From Candidatus Saccharimonadota bacterium (lineage in GTDB: Bacteria > Patescibacteriota > Saccharimonadia > Saccharimonadales > Saccharimonadaceae), in contig JAFUBT010000003.1 in the NCBI GenBank assembly GCA_017460065.1, positions 7,134-71,133 on the forward strand: a stretch of DNA of 64,000 nucleotides, in the 5' to 3' direction. The notes below the pieces were generated by a model that had not been told where the DNA came from, did no database searches, and saw only the letters and a list, made by a program, of their open reading frames with translations. Position 1 is the first letter of the stretch; every line of letters begins with the position of its first letter. The position numbers were made by a program, and so were the translations under genes. Below are positions 63,704 through 64,000 of this stretch, one piece after another.

Positions 63704-64000
63704 TACTACTTGAGCAACTTAAAAGAAAGTGTTATTCTGAAGTTAAACAAGGTTAACTGCACTTTCATAACATCCTCCTTTCTAGAGGCCTCTAACGGAG
63801 CCTAGAACGTCGTTCAATGAAGACCCCACACCTCGCCTCCATTTGCAAACGTAGCCCAAACCCAAGAGCATTCTAGAAAACTTCCAGAAAACATGAAAGC
63901 ATAAGTGCGAACATTTCAACTGTTCGCACTTTTTTGTTATACGACAGATCTCTGCTGACGCGATTTTGATAGTGTTTGGCAATTAATAGTAATTCTGGAA

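Noticed and set aside
63782-63982. 66-aa minus-strand ORF at the right edge.
   Set aside because: It has no RBS, spans a plus-strand intrinsic terminator (gtgcgaaca...tgttcgcac plus T6 at about 63921-63950) and a TAACGGAGCC fragment, and its composition is not protein-like.
1-64000. Global genetic-code reassignment of TGA (code 4 or 25) as the explanation for the in-frame TGAs.
   Set aside because: Under code 11, dozens of long genes are uninterrupted and contain no TGA at all. TGA also closes genes in classic ATGA overlaps. At most a leaky or early-stage phenomenon is plausible, so this is kept as a finding rather than a call.
1-64000. CRISPR arrays, rRNA genes, prophage or intact IS elements.
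   Set aside because: - No regularly spaced short direct repeats with unique spacers were seen.
- No rRNA-like sequence was seen.
- No transposase or phage structural genes were seen.
- The only tandem repeat (7064-7270) is a 2-unit duplication of the palindromic element.

Overview
This is a gene-dense bacterial window of roughly 50% GC, with most genes on the minus strand. It holds about 63 CDS, 10 tRNAs (all with encoded CCA), tmRNA and RNase P RNA.

The core is housekeeping:
- Ribosomal and translation genes: infC-rpmI-rplT, rpsF-ssb-rpsR, rpmB, efp, thrS, tyrS and argS.
- Other core functions: pyrG, tpiA, ndk, pcrA, dnaG-rpoD, miaA, orn and mscL.

Interleaved with these are envelope and accessory modules:
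- a type IV pilus set (pilT-pilC-pilin-pilD);
- a zur-znuABC operon with a Zur box;
- GT2 and GT39 glycosyltransferases;
- a Gram-positive-style sortase pilus locus (VWA adhesin, backbone pilin, SipA-like protein, class-B-like sortase);
- at the right end, a complete diversity-generating retroelement (DGR).

By inference only, this content fits a reduced monoderm such as a Saccharibacteria/CPR-like organism.

The most notable observations are:
1. The DGR has 126-nt TR/VR repeats that differ at 25 positions, all at template adenines. Its variable protein ends in an NPxT-type sorting signal.
2. A family of intergenic palindromic elements has a conserved ~65-nt core and copy-specific self-complementary arms. 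Copies are nested inside each other.
3. Four otherwise intact genes are each interrupted by a single in-frame TGA. Three of these TGAs sit in a TGA-C context. TGA is the rarest terminal stop and TAG the commonest.
4. Several mRNAs appear leaderless.
5. A ~1.2 kb ORF-free gap next to ssrA contains hairpins and a promoter/terminator-bounded sRNA candidate.

All coordinates were derived by hand from the printed sequence. No database searches were run.
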